The notes under the pieces were generated by a model. The model ran no database searches. It was given only the letters and a program-made list of their open reading frames with translations, and was not told the origin of the DNA. A stretch of DNA of 60,081 nucleotides, filler included, from Diploschistes diacapsis (Eukaryota): NCBI GenBank assembly GCA_023645945.1. It is 5 parts of 5 records of this genome, joined end to end, with 100 filler letters (N's around TTAATTAATTAA, not from the genome) between each part and the next. Parts side by side here need not be neighbours in the genome. Positions count along the whole stretch, not along the records: positions 1 to 11,950 come from JALAIB010000780.1; positions 12,051 to 23,989 come from JALAIB010000781.1; 3 more parts are not named here. One strand, 5' to 3'. How positions within the stretch are numbered: the stretch's first letter is position 1; each line of letters opens with the position of its first letter. The translations under genes and the position numbers were made by a program. Below are positions 1 to 13,446 of the stretch, piece by piece.

Positions 1-211
1 CCCCCCACCCCTCCCTCAAAAGTACTGCTACAGCTAGTATAACTCAATATTAATAGCGCTTGCGCCGTTCATATCCTTGACGATCCGTGTCAACAAGCCG
101 TACCTCATATCCGACTCAGTTACTGAATATCACCGTCCAAAAGCCAAACGTGATGAATCGTGTAGAGAAGAAAGACGTTCCATAAGTGTGTCTCTAGCGG
201 ATGGGAAGCGT

Positions 212-1414
212 TCAAGGTACTGCCGGTGTGATGTATTTCGATCTAGAAGAAGCATCTTTCTGATCAATTGGCAGTTTGCTAAGTAGGTCCTGTCGCACGT
301 GGTAAGGAAGGGGACGGCGAGATTGTGGAACGCGCTCCGTGAAGCTGAGAATGCTGGGCGAGTCATGGAGCGAAGATTCGCTCCGCGTCGGATCTATGGA
401 GCTAGGGAAGAGTCTTGAAGGTGTTGAAGAGCCGGAGGACGCCCGCTCGATCTTAGGACGATATGGAAGGCCAGAGGAAGGAGAGTCGCGGCTGCTCGCA
501 ATCATTGGAGAGGACTGCTGAGCTCTCGGGGCCAACAGCAACTGCTTTAGAGCTTCAGTCTTTACCCTGAACTCCTCGCCCTCAGACCTTTCAATTGTCG
601 AGGGTGATCCGGTCTGCAGTCGGGCATGTACCTCGCCCGGTTTGAAGAATTGCGTTGAAGGACCTGCAGACTTGGCCCGGTCACTAACGTGAGCGGCATC
701 CTGCGGGCTGTCCTGTGACCGCCTTGCCTTTTCTTCTCGATCTGCCTTGAAGAAGATGTCAAGAGGAGAAGGCTCCCGCGCATGCAGATTTTCCCCGCGC
801 AACGAAGTGCGCAACGTTGGTGAATCGTTTCCGTTCTCATTAGAGGATTCTCGCGACGATTCATCATCAGAAGGTAAGGGATTCAGGTCTGATATTTTAT
901 CTCCCAGAGGCGTAGGCTTTGCGAAGAACTTCGGTATGGGTAGAGATGAGGGCGCAGGAGAAGTATGAAACGTTGGCCCAGCATATATTTGTTTTGCCTG
1001 TTTCAAGGGCGTTGCGGTAGCTTGAGACTGTTCTGCCAGTGAGGGAGCAGCATGCGGCATTGATTTCCATGGGGCAGATTCATCCAATTCAGGCTTCGCG
1101 CTTATCCTCTTTCTGCCTCGTCCATTTCGACTCTTGGACAGTATAGGACTAGTGCTTGAATCCAAGGACATTTGTGCCATGTCCAGCGTGGAAGATGCAC
1201 ATGGAGGAGTCAAGGGAGACACAATGCCATCTGAAGAGGTTGAAGTATTATAAGATCGTGGATCAGCATAACTGGTTCGAGGCGTGGTTTTGGGAGTCAA
1301 CGGAATGTCGGCGACATTGCTCTGGAGAAGTTTGGAATGCTCCTTCCGACGAGAGGTCTTGCCTCGTTGTCTTCGCGAAGGTGTGGGGGTTGGCGGCTCT
1401 GCGACGGCAGACAT
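212..1414 (-). CDS. Edc1/PNRC-like mRNA decapping activator (disordered, Ser/Pro-rich)
   Basis: 400-aa ORF containing YAGPTFHTSPAPSSLPIPKF, matching the YAGxxF activation motif plus LPxP Dcp1-binding motif of the Edc1/PNRC2 family; also SPLDIFFKADREEK, a block I recall from filamentous-fungal homologues. Confidence 0.75.
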   Translation of the reverse strand: MSAVAEPPTPTPSRRQRGKTSRRKEHSKLLQSNVADIPLTPKTTPRTSYADPRSYNTSTSSDGIVSPLTPPCASSTLDMAQMSLDSSTSPILSKSRNGRGRKRISAKPELDESAPWKSMPHAAPSLAEQSQATATPLKQAKQIYAGPTFHTSPAPSSLPIPKFFAKPTPLGDKISDLNPLPSDDESSRESSNENGNDSPTLRTSLRGENLHAREPSPLDIFFKADREEKARRSQDSPQDAAHVSDRAKSAGPSTQFFKPGEVHARLQTGSPSTIERSEGEEFRVKTEALKQLLLAPRAQQSSPMIASSRDSPSSGLPYRPKIERASSGSSTPSRLFPSSIDPTRSESSLHDSPSILSFTERVPQSRRPLPYHVRQDLLSKLPIDQKDASSRSKYITPAVP

Positions 1415-2060
1415 CGTGAACCTGGTGGCTTGAAAAATAGGCAGCCTGTGAGTGAGATTTGGGAAAGAAATAACAAAAGAATAGACTAGTCAAGGTGATC
1501 ATGCGGGTTTTATAGTAGAAATATTTCGATTGGGTAGAGCGCAGTCCGTAGTCAGTCAAGTTTGCGATTTCAAGCCAAGTGGCGGCCGTAACCGCTTTTT
1601 TGAACTTCGTCGAGACTCAAATGTGTAGTGAGAAGGATGACATAGTTTGAACAGGTGGATACTCTCAGAATTCATTTCTATCACTATGGTCGTTGTGAGG
1701 TTAGAGAGTGTAGATGATAAGATGGAGGGGAGGATAGCGCCAGGCTTTGTTAAAGAACAGCCCTATAGGGCTGTAATCCAATAACAACGCGCGGCAACTT
1801 CCGAAAGCTTGGCCGTGATAGACACTCTAGCAGCCTAGCATTTCTGTATCTTTGTGTATCTCGGCGACAAGGCCGCCTGTGAACAGCAGAAACAGTTAAT
1901 GTTCTGACGGTACCTCGGGGGTGCATTGTTCGGCGTTGACCTTGCTGCAGAGTATAAAAATTTTAAAATATCGGCTCTGGCATCACCTACTTCGTGCTTG
2001 AGAGCCCGTTCTACCTTTGCCAGGTAATTCTAATCAATCGACTCCATTAAGTACTTCAGT

Positions 2061-2597
<537 letters not shown>

Positions 2598-3473
2598 TCA
2601 GCAAGCATACAAGAATTTGACCTTAAGTGGACTGTCGATGACCAGTTTGTCTTGAGATCGCAAGCTGGTTCGTGGACGAGCTCTTAAACTTTGCTATTAT
2701 GTGCAGTGGTAGAGGCACATGGAGGCACATGAAGCAGATTCGGGTGGCTTAACCTGATGATGGATCTGTTGAATGCGTGCGCTAGGTGGATGGCCCATAG
2801 ATACCAAAGTACCTGTTACAGCAAGAATCAACCAATGAATCACGATGACCACTCCTGTACGACTGGCCATATCCCTAATTTATTTTCTTTCCATCCACCT
2901 CTATAGACGTGACAGGTCCGGTTGAACTTGCTGGAAGCCAGCATTGTGGATCTTCGTTATATGCTGGCCATGGTGGTACCACCATAAAGAACGTCAGGAA
3001 GGTGCCTCCGAGGCCAATCCATAATGTGAGATAGATATCTTGTTGAATTAATCCAACAACGAACGCAATTATCTGGGAGAGGTTAGTTGGGATAGGCAGT
3101 CAAAGCATGTGGCACGCACCCCAGTTGCGATCAGCACAAGAGTAGAAATGAGCTCAGTCTTTTTCTGGCCAGCGAAGTCCTAGCATAATTAGTTCTTGTA
3201 GCAAGCTTCAAGCGCCCTGTAGCACAAACGATTTGGCCTTCCGCAAGGTCCTGTGCCTTGAGAAGAAGAGCATCTGCCATGTTACGATCAAGCAGTTTGG
3301 AGGAGCTTGATAGTTGTTGTGTCTACTACAAGGTAGAGAGGTGCAATGTTCTCTGCTGACTCGGATAAAGATTTAACCGTAACTACCTACTTATGTGAGT
3401 TATCATGACATTGTTTTTCCCTACATACGGGACTCTCGCAATTTGGTGAGAAGTAGGTGGATATACTTCCTTG

Positions 3474-4763
3474 ATGTACAGAAACATGTCAGCTACATTG
3501 GCTCGGCGCGCGAGGCACTCAAGCCTCCAGCAAAGGAATCTAGGACCCACCTCATTGACTTCCTTGATTCAGCGTCGAAACTCGTCCATATCCTTTGAGA
3601 AGATCGAGTCTGATCTATTGTCCCGGCAGTTACCTCTACTATCCGATACTCCTACGGGAACTCCAAGTATTCTGCTTGATGCCACCCTTTCGGACATCCT
3701 TCCCCCATTCCTCAGGCCTTGGCCAGGGTCGACAGCCACGTGGGACAAAAGGACTTCCGCTGCGTATCGGCCAGGCCATCACCTTTTGTATTTCCCTCCT
3801 AGAAATCCACTATCTTCGCTCCTTCCCGATGGCACTGATCCGGCACAATCTCCTGGAGCCCCTTTTGTAAGGCGGATGTGGGCTGGAGGCCGTATTGACT
3901 TTCTCCCCACGAAGGGAACGAAATTTCGCATGATGGGAGAGAGAATGACGTGCCTTGAGCGTATTACTAAAGTTTCCACTAAAGGCAAAGAGGGAGAGGA
4001 AAAGATATTTGTGACTGTTGAGCGCCGTTTCACAGGCCTAACAGCCAAAAGGAGACATCCTTGGTTTCAAGCTGATAGTGTTGGAACTTTGCCAGAAGAT
4101 CAACTCCGCAAGGCTCTTCTGCACGACAAATGTTGCTCGCTAGTTGAAGAACGTGACCTTGTTTTCATGAGAGAGCGAACTCCAGAGCAAGCGGCGGACG
4201 CTGCTAAAATGACTTCGAAATATGTCAAGCATCCGCATAAATCCTCCTATTCTATATCTCTGACCCCAACACCCTCTCTGCTGTTCAGGTTCTCCGCGTT
4301 GACCTTCAATGCTCATCGAATACATCTTGATAAATCATACTGCAACAATACTGAGGGGCATCGGAACCTGCTAGTACACGGTCCGCTGAGCCTCATGCTC
4401 ATGCTGGAAGTGCTGAATCGGTATTTGGCAGACAATTATGGAGTCACACGTCTAGGGAATGGTGGGACTACCCAAAACAGAGCTATTGCGAGTATTCAAT
4501 ATCGTAATATTGCTCCACTGTATGCTGAAGAGCTCATGAACGTCTGCTTACACGATCGAAAAGATGGGGGATTTGATGTTTGGGTTGAAAATCAAGACGG
4601 CGGTCTCGCAGTCAAGGGCACTGCGAAGACAGTATCTGCTGCTGGTCCTAAAGGAGAGTCTTCCAAACACATTACCGAACAACTGCTCGTTGGTGACTCG
4701 AAAGGGGAATCTCCTACGGATACTACGCCCGGTTCAGTGGCTGAAGTTCCATCTCGTTCTTGA
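3474..4763 (+). CDS. HTD2-like hydroxyacyl-thioester dehydratase (double hotdog/MaoC fold), probably mitochondrial
   Basis: Motifs RRMWAGG, LFRFSALTFNAHRIHLD and LLVHGPL; Arg/Ser-rich N-terminus resembling a mitochondrial presequence; first ATG at 3474. Confidence 0.85.
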   Translation: MYRNMSATLARRARHSSLQQRNLGPTSLTSLIQRRNSSISFEKIESDLLSRQLPLLSDTPTGTPSILLDATLSDILPPFLRPWPGSTATWDKRTSAAYRPGHHLLYFPPRNPLSSLLPDGTDPAQSPGAPFVRRMWAGGRIDFLPTKGTKFRMMGERMTCLERITKVSTKGKEGEEKIFVTVERRFTGLTAKRRHPWFQADSVGTLPEDQLRKALLHDKCCSLVEERDLVFMRERTPEQAADAAKMTSKYVKHPHKSSYSISLTPTPSLLFRFSALTFNAHRIHLDKSYCNNTEGHRNLLVHGPLSLMLMLEVLNRYLADNYGVTRLGNGGTTQNRAIASIQYRNIAPLYAEELMNVCLHDRKDGGFDVWVENQDGGLAVKGTAKTVSAAGPKGESSKHITEQLLVGDSKGESPTDTTPGSVAEVPSRS

Positions 4764-6742
4764 GGCTCGCATGGGGCTACCACTATCACCAGATCGCTCA
4801 CGTAGTACCACAAGAGAGGTTATCGGCACGGCCCGTTCCTTTGGGCAAATCTTGAAAACTCGTTCAGCACACAAATTCGTTTGACTACGGTGGAACACGT
4901 AAAGGTTAGCATATCATAATTTCGTGGTCATGCTTGTTGGGCGATGCTTCAAGCGTTCCTTTAGTTTACAGGCACACATTGCATACAACGCTGCCTGAGA
5001 GTACTGCTATTTTTGTGAAAAAAACCCTCTAACTAGCTTCGGTCCACGATAATAGGATCCAATGTTTAATTCCGATCGCCTCTTCAAACAGCCATTCTTC
5101 AATGCCTTCAAGACCAGAACACCATTTCTACGAGACCTTCTTGACTTGCTAGACTGGGAGGACATCCGCACCCTCGATATAAGCTGTAGAGGGCTTCTGA
5201 ACAATAAAGAACGATCTGACTATCTCAACATCATCGGCGTCTTATTGGCAGCCAGAACTGGGTTCGGTACATGAAGAATAGCGGCTCCACGATCCAGCTT
5301 CTAGGGCCCGAGCATTGTGATACTATGGAACAATTCATCAAGGAGAGCTATTGAGGACGGACCATCATGCTGGTTGCCTCTGGTAAAGTCAACCAATCGA
5401 CTACTCCATTTCGAGGATTTGGAACAACATCTGCATCGATTGCACCGCACCTATCCGTTCGATACGTGCTAAAATGGTAGGGTGTTTTTTGCCATGGCTT
5501 GTGGGATGGCCTCGAGGGTAGATGGATATCGTTATCCGGTATGGAAATTGCTACACTATGTAGCCATATCTGGCACATGTCCACCGATAATAAGTGTGAC
5601 CTGAAGAGCTGCACAACCGCGGCAAGCTAAGTATCTTTGGTCCTCTGGGGGAGTTTGAGCGCTTCAAGCTGCTGCAGCCAGGATCGCACTTGCTGGCGCC
5701 AGATTCGCATTCGGCTAGTGAAGAAAGCAAAAGGTGTATCGAAAGGCAGATCAAAACAATCAGATGGGCTGCATACTCTGAGGAGGAGTTCGAGATACTC
5801 GTACAATTTGAGAAGTCAATAGGCTTGTTCCCGGTCTTCCATCCTCCTCGTTGCTTTTCTCCTCGTAATGGAATTGCATCGCCGAAAAAAGAGCCCTTTG
5901 TTGCGGTTGTATGAGACATCGCTGAGTCCGCGATCATCAATTTAACTCGTTCCCGGCGCCGTCACTCCTCTAAGGCCCCCCTGGGTCCGACGTCAGGCAG
6001 GTGCTTGAGCTCGCGCCCGTAAATTAGCTGCTTCTGCTCGTGCTTTTGTTATGGTTATAGCGTGGAGTGGGGTTTAACGTCTGTACGAACATGCTTTTGT
6101 TTTTCACCGGAGTTTCGAGTATGGTCAGTTTTCCAAGATGAGTGGCAGGCGTCCTGTAGCTTCGATAGCTAGGCAATTGCAATCAAGAAACAGTGTATCA
6201 TTTTGCTTTTTGGTTATTATTATCATGACCCTTCCCGAGCCTATGTCATCAAAATACCGAGGACACCGTTGTTGCTGCGTAGATTATGCGAGCCCTTTGC
6301 AGGCTAGTTTGTATTGGGAGACTTTAGCATCCAGGCACTCTACACTCTACAAAATACTATGGAGCTGAACTAGGAACCCCGGCAGCCTATTAGTATCGAT
6401 TAGAATTCGTATCTTTGTTCGTCCAATCTTCAAGTGAGCACAAAAAAAGTCAATAGATCCTTCCGGGTCAGCGCAGCACGCGAAATCTACACGACATAAA
6501 ATTACAATTACCTACACGTGTAGGCGGCAAAAAAGAATACTTGTTGCAGATAGCTAGATCTACTCCTAGTCTTGTGCTTCTACGATAGCATCTACCTTTC
6601 GAGCCTTGCCGCGCTCACTTCGAGATCGATATGCAAGTCCCTGCTAAAGAGCAAGCTTCTCTCTAGTTCCAGGAGACTGGAGTCTTTCACCTTCCTGCAT
6701 GATCCCTTGGGCCAACTTTGCATCTCATTTCTCACATTAAGG

Positions 6743-8180
6743 ATGGAACATCTGCCAGAGGAAATCGTTTCAATCATATCCAGCTTCACCAGGATCGCTG
6801 ATCTAAAAGATCTGCGACTCGTCTCTCGACTCTTCTACCATGCAGCAACACCGCACCTATTTGATACAATTTTGTTAATGGCAAATACCTCGTCTTGTAA
6901 GCGCTTTGCAAGAGTTCTTAATAGCCCGCAGCTTGGTGTTTACGTGAAACACGTTATTTTCAAAACCTTATGGGACCTCGATTGGCTTGCACATTATGGC
7001 AAACCCAACTGGCGCCCTGATTGGGACGAAGACGGGGCGTGGCTCAAGGCAGTCAAGGCCCTCAAGAGTTTCCTTCCCCGGACCAAGGCAGTAGAAATGC
7101 ACTTTTCGCGCGACATTTGTGGCTCGGACCGTGACTTCACTAATTGCATGGAGCCTCCGAGTTACCGAGTCGAGAGACTGGAAGCGCTGTTCAAGACACT
7201 GGCCCATCGAGCCAAGTCAGACAAGGTCTGTGCGGTCGAGGAGCTGACGATCGTTAACCTTGCGAACATTCCGCATGAGGAGCTAGTCGCGTCGGCCGGC
7301 TTCAAGAAGGCTATGAAAGCTCTGAAAGAGCTCCACCTTCTGGTGGGCACTGAGGTCATTGAAGCGTCCCCGGAGAGCGAGATCCACTGCGCGGAAATTA
7401 AAACGTTCCCACCTCACCTACGGTCTTGGTGGCTGAAGCCAACATCGAAATATCTCACGGCTTTGACCCTTTACTTCGACAGGCACTGGGGCATCTTTCC
7501 CTTCTTTGAGCTTGGAGACTTAGACTTCCCGAACCTACGATATTTGGCTCTGGGCAACTATGTCTTCGGTTATTCGTCTCAGACCAAGTGGCTGACGTCC
7601 TTGACGACTCTCCACACCATTATATTGGACAACTGTTCCATCTTGTATATGCTGCAGACATACCCAGAATTCAACGAAGAGTTCGACGTAGATACAGACG
7701 AGTGGGAGCCGGTGGTCCACAGAGAACCGTGCAACTGCCAGAAGCAAATCTATGCCAATCCAATGAGATGGGATGGCCTCCTGGAAGCGATCAGATTGAA
7801 GCTGTACGACCTGAAGAGCTTCTCCATGGGCTGCGGCGAATGGGAGAACGACGAGAACCTTGTAAGTTGCAAGCAGAAATGGTAAGCTCGACCCCATTTT
7901 ACTGATCTTCTGCGTGCAGCGCTGTGCTTTCCTCGACCGCGCTCAACTTGGGGCGAATGTAGTTTGGCCTTGTCACTACATCACGTTCAACGCTGCAGGT
8001 GGGCCCTGCATGTGGTTGGATCACGATTCGATGCTCGATGACATGCCGCCTAATCCACGTTGCTTTGAGTCCAATGCAACGAAGGGGAGGCATGCGGTTG
8101 GGCCAAGTAACAACGAGAGGGACGAAGAGGCTCTGGAAGAGCTTCTGCACTCGGTCGATGTGAGAGCTACATTGGTTTGA
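6743..8180 (+). CDS. F-box domain protein (fungal, LRR-like C-terminus); 2 exons
   Basis: MEHLPEEIVSIISSF...DLKDLRLVSRLFY is an F-box signature; intron 7862-7919 (GTAAGT...CTGAT...CAG) joins the 6572 ORF in frame to the 7914 ORF. Confidence 0.75.
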
Positions 8181-9086
8181 TAAGGGATGACGATAATTGA
8201 TGAATGAAAGTCTAAGTGGCCGAGTAATATGAATCTAGCATATAACTCCTGGTGCTCGACACAGAGGTCGAGTATATCTATGATGGAAAGGACGTAGGGA
8301 GAGGCTTGGTGCCGGCGTAACCAGTGGCATCGCTAGCAGCCATCGCCTGATTACAGTATTGTGACATACCTCCAAGGTCGAACTAAGGTTTTAGAGAGTT
8401 GAAGGCTATCCATCTCCCCGGCCGTTATCGAACATCCAATCAATGGATTTGAAGTCTAGATACAGCGTAGCAGCAACCGATAATATTCATGGAACTTCCG
8501 CTTGCAAACAAAGACTCTGCACGTTAGCTGACACGGAGTATATCCGATGTTCCTGCTGGCAGCTGCAGGCATCATCAGGCAGGCAGGCCGTGCAAATAGC
8601 CAGCCAATATTAGCGAGTTGTAGAATGCGTATGCTCCACCACAGAGCGCATGTAATTAATTAAAAAGGTTTATACCCAGTACAAAAAAGGGGGAGAAGAA
8701 AAAGGTTATCGGTCAAGGGGGAAGCCAAAATTTCCCTTGATTTTCCCTTAATTTTTCCTTGTTTTTCATGGCAGGAAAGGAGGATAAAAGTAGATACTAA
8801 ATATTTAGGGTTCCGGAATAAAGGAACATCCAGTCACCCGTCTGTCTGTCTGTCTAACAAGTTACAGTTAGTTACCAGTTACCGTACAAGTCTACAACCT
8901 TTGCAACCTCCTCCCTATTTTCAATCAACAAAAACCCACTTCTACCCTTTCTAACGCGCCAACTTTAGTTGTTCACTCAACACGACATCGAATCAATCAC
9001 CAATCCTGTCCGCTTATAGATTCGCCTGGACCCTACGGCTGAAACCTAAGCGGCTCAAAGGACAGCCGCAACATCCCGCTGCGGCC

Positions 9087-10727
9087 ATGGCCCCCAAGTG
9101 AGTCTTTCCTGCCTGTACAGTCTCTGTACCCCTCGTCAGAAGATGCAAAATATTGCGACGAAACATTACTGATCTTTCTTGCTCCAAAAGTAGTTTCGGG
9201 GCAGCATGGCGCACCTTTTGGCACACCATGACCTCTTACGACCGACACGCTTCCCACGACTCTCCTTACCGCACCGGTCAACATATGCCTCTCAACCAGA
9301 GCCGACACGCCCCCCTGACGTCCGTAGCAACAAGCGCATTGGAATCGAGAGCGGACTTGAGCTCACCTTACGGCGACGAAGTGGCTTCGCCAACAAGCGT
9401 GGGCTTCCGGAACGAGATCACGTCCCCAACCTCGCCCTACTCGCCTGGAATGAGGTCAAATTCTCTCATGAACACGACGAACTCGCACGACAACGCCTTG
9501 GACGCTGTCAATCCCGGAGAAATCCAAATGCAGAGTTTTCAGGAAGGTCTTCCGCCTCCGCCGCCTGTTCAACATTCGTGGAAGAGAATTGATCGATGGG
9601 TCGAGGACAATTACACCGAGCTATGGGATCAGCTCGGAGAGGGCTGCACCCAAAACGACGTGAACGAGCTGGAACACGAACTGGACTGCTCGTTACCGAT
9701 CGAGGTGCGTGAGTCTTTGCAGGTTCACGACGGCCAAGAGCGCGGTGGAAGGCCCACAGGGATACTATTCGGCTGCATGCTGATGGACTGCGAAGAGATT
9801 GTGCAAGAATGGAAGAACTGGAGGACGGTCAACGAAGAATACCTTCAATCACCATCGAACAGTGGTCTGCAAGCCCCAAAAACTTTTGCGTCTTCTTCTT
9901 CAACTTCTACCCCACAACAAGGACCGAACCCCCATTGGCGCCAGGATCTGCTGGAGAAGCAGGATTCGCAGCCGCCCAAGGCAATCCAGAAGGCATATGC
10001 CCATCCCGGGTGGATACCGCTCGCCCGAGACTGGGGCGGAAACAATATAGCAGTAGATCTTGCGCCCGGGCCTGCGGGAAAATGGGGACAGATCATTATT
10101 TTTGGCCGGGACTATGACTGCAAATACGTTGTTGCTCGATCGTGGGCTGCTTTTTTGGCCACGGTCGCCGACGATATGGGAAGCGACAAGGTTTTCGTTG
10201 ACGACGATACTCAGGAACTAAAGCTTAGGGAATTCAAACAGCAGAGCGTTGAACCGCCATACCTTGATATTCTCCGCTGGAGGATGGACCGGAAATATGG
10301 ACGAAGGCCTATGAGGAAGGCTCCAAACCGCGTGACCTCGAGTCGCAAGGGCTCACCCTACGGCAGTCCCACCGAGGAACGCGGTCGATCCCCGAATAGG
10401 TTTTCTGGACGCGGTCTCAGCGCTCAAAGCCCACGAGCTAAGGCCACTGGCGTTCCCAGTCCACTATCACAGGTCTCCGAAGAGAGTGTGAAACCGTTTG
10501 CTGTGCGCCCCATGGTCGACACTGGCAACAAGACCGAGAATACGAAGCTGGAACCCGTGGAGAAACTCGTCGAAGCACCGACCCCGACTGTCGCCGCAGA
10601 CACTGTGCGAGAGCTCAGCCTAGCAGATGCGCTGAGCGCAAAGGCCGAAGAGAGCGAGTCGGCGGAGCAGTCCGTGACTGGACTCGGCGTGGGCGGGCTC
10701 GAGGAGATGAAGAATGTTGCGATCTGA
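9087..10727 (+). CDS. SMI1: Glucan synthesis regulatory protein Smi1/Knr4
   Basis: FWHTMTSYDRHASH, SWKRIDRW, HDGQERGG, PGWIPLARDWGGNNIAVDLAPGPAGKWGQIIIFGRDYD; short first exon 9087-9097, intron GTGAGT to AG at 9190 or 9193 (both in frame). Confidence 0.93.
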
Positions 10728-11950
10728 TCCACCACGCACACTTTTCTCCGAGGCTCAGCAGCAAGGTTCTCTGGCCCCCCGGTTACGAAATAAGCTCGAA
10801 GTGCGGAAATGGGCTGCATTCCCTACTGTATTATTATCACTATTGCCACTACTGCTACCATTACCATTCTGAACGGCGTCTTTTTAAGAACAAGGGTATC
10901 TGCTCGGGTTTCGCCATTTCCCCTTGCGGGCCCGGCCAACGAAACACTGGATTCGAATATACACGAATGGGGTTTTTTTTGCTTGAAGGGTGCGAGTGTC
11001 TGAAGTTTTGAAAGCGCAAGAACTGTTGAGGCGGTTTGTTCCGGGTCAAGTCCCCGGATGCTAACGGCGGATCCGACTACAGCCCGTGTGAAGCGAGCGA
11101 GGAGAAAGAAAGGCACACGTGTGGACGGACCTGCTGCTGCTGCCGCTCGAATGCGGGTGTAGCACCCCTGGGTCTCTTCTCATTTTCCTTTCTCTTACCG
11201 CATCGCGTGAAGCGATCGAGTGCTTTCTGCGGGACCGTTCCCATCGCAAGGCTGTCTGAGCGTCTGTCTGTCCGTCCGTCGTAGTTCTACCTGTTGCTGG
11301 CGCTTATGGAACGGGCGCGAGTACCTGCTGACCTTGTCGGGGAAACAGCTTGGGGAAAGAGGGCACGGGCGACACGGGAGGCGGCAAAAGGCATATAGAT
11401 ACGTTAGAGGCAGTCGGCTGCTTGGCAATACATCGACGGGTTAATTTCGATTTGGTTTTCACCGCTTTTGGGTTATTAGTTCTGATATCGGTGCCGGTAA
11501 ACAACAGCCGTGCTGGTGGTGGTCGAAGACATCCACCATGCATATACATACACTTCGTCTATCCCAGACCACAACTTGCTCCCCTCTCCTCTCCCCCTTC
11601 TCGCTACCCTGTTGCTTGCAATAATACCACACCCCTATCTGCTGCGTGCCTGTGCCTGCCTGCCCTGTTTGCTTTTACGTCAAGTTGCTCGGATATCTAC
11701 GCTATCTACCAGGGGGGGGGGCGATTCGGGTAGACCCCAATTCCCAGAGTTATGGCTGCCAACTCACACTCCACCTTTCTTCTATTTCCCATTTTCCCCA
11801 TTTTCCATCGCACTGCACGAGCCCCCCCAAAAAAAGCCCCTGTATGGTTTTTTTATTTATTTAACTTTTTTTTTAAATTGCCTTTTTTTTTTTGGACCTG
11901 GAACCTTGATGCTCGGACGGACAGACAGACTCCCAAGGACATCTATCTGG

Positions 11951-12050
11951 NNNNNNNNNNNNNNNNNNNNNNNNNNNNNNNNNNNNNNNNNNNNTTAATT
12001 AATTAANNNNNNNNNNNNNNNNNNNNNNNNNNNNNNNNNNNNNNNNNNNN
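11951..12050. other. Artificial contig-joining linker
   Basis: 44 N + TTAATTAATTAA (stops in all six frames) + 44 N. Confidence 0.98.
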
Positions 12051-12731
12051 GGTTAATTGTTACGATGTATATGGATGGTTTGCCGGATAAGTCGTTTGCA
12101 TATAGTGTTCAAGAATAGGGGAGCTGGTACTGTGTACATTTTGTGTTTCCCAGAATGAAGATTACGAAGTTCTCCGTGAAACCTCTTCGCATTGTCGGAC
12201 ATAACCACATTTACCCCCCACCATCAAGCAGCCAATCACCACTTTTGTTGTCCCTCGCAGCGCCTAACCGAGCCTAAACTCAACACCAACCCTCAACCAT
12301 CTCACCTTCCTGAATCCCCACCCCTCACCTTAAATCTCAAAGTACAGCCAGAACCGCACACAGCACCCGCAAAGAACTTCCCTCAGGCATTCCCACCACT
12401 ATATCCTACAGACCCTGTAAGATTCCTCAAGGCCGCCAAGGGGCTGGAGGAAACAGACAGACAGATACCCCACCAAAACAAAGCGACAAGAAAGCCAGCA
12501 TCCCCGCGCCCCACAGCTACGACTTTCTGCGGCTTTTCTTCCATCCACTTCGTGGAGGGGGGGGGACCGAATCTCTCCGTCTCTCTCGGGCTCGATAAAA
12601 TACATCCCCCCGATCTCTCCGGGCCCCAGCAAGCTTTGAGCGGTTGCAGCCCCGGGCGTGGCGTCGCGGGATCTCCGAGCCCCAACGCTACATAGCGGTG
12701 GCGAAGCAGGCGATAGCAAGGAGGGCAAAGC

Positions 12732-13446
12732 ATGTTCCAGCCCCTCGATTCGGGCTCTCGCAGCAGCACGAGCCCGAGCGGAAAGGACGGTACTGAAATG
12801 GACAATGTGGCATCTGGCGTTTCGAAGGGGGGTTCGAAGCCGATGGACGATGGGCAAGTCTTCCCGTCTCTCTTTTTTTCCGCTTCAAACTTGCCCCATC
12901 GAATGCCCCCCTTCCACAAAAACTTCCCAAAATGTTAAAAATTACTGCAAGGAAAAGAGAAAAAACTAACCCGAACATGTTCTTGTGTGGATGTTGCAGA
13001 TCTCATCGGCAGCAGCAGCAGCAGCACTATGTCTCCCCTTCGGACACCATCCTCTCGCCCGCCAGCCAGAAGATCAGCGCGCTGAAGGGGAAGAGGTTCG
13101 GTGGCGGGACCAGCTCGTACGTTCGTTCCTATTTTCCGCCGCGGCCCCTTGTCCCCATACCTCCCGCAATAACCCCGCCGTTCAGCTCCCTTTCTTGTCC
13201 AGTCCAACCGTTTTTTCCATGATCGAGTAATGAGAGTGGAGCACTGCTGACGGTGTCTGATGTTTTGAATGATGCAGGGCAAAGCCGCAAAGTCTCTTCG
13301 CGAGGACCTCGATCAAGAATGCGCGGGAGAAGAGTCCAAATGGGATGGAAGGGGGAAGTTCCGGGAACAATGGACTGGGGAGGGATGTGGGAAGCGTGGG
13401 TGCCAGCACCGCTGATGTTGGTGGTGCTGGCGAGAAAGCGGGCTGA
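12732..13446 (+). CDS. SPO12: Spo12-family protein (135 aa predicted); 3 exons, first intron GC-AG
   Basis: join(12732-12853,13000-13116,13278-13446) gives ...QQQQQHYVSPSDTILSPASQKISALKGKRFGGGTS/SAKPQSLFARTSIKN..., the Spo12 SPSDxxxSPxS.K and KPQSLFA motifs; introns GCAAGT...ACTAAC...CAG and GTACGT...GCTGAC...CAG; the start exon is less certain. Confidence 0.85.
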
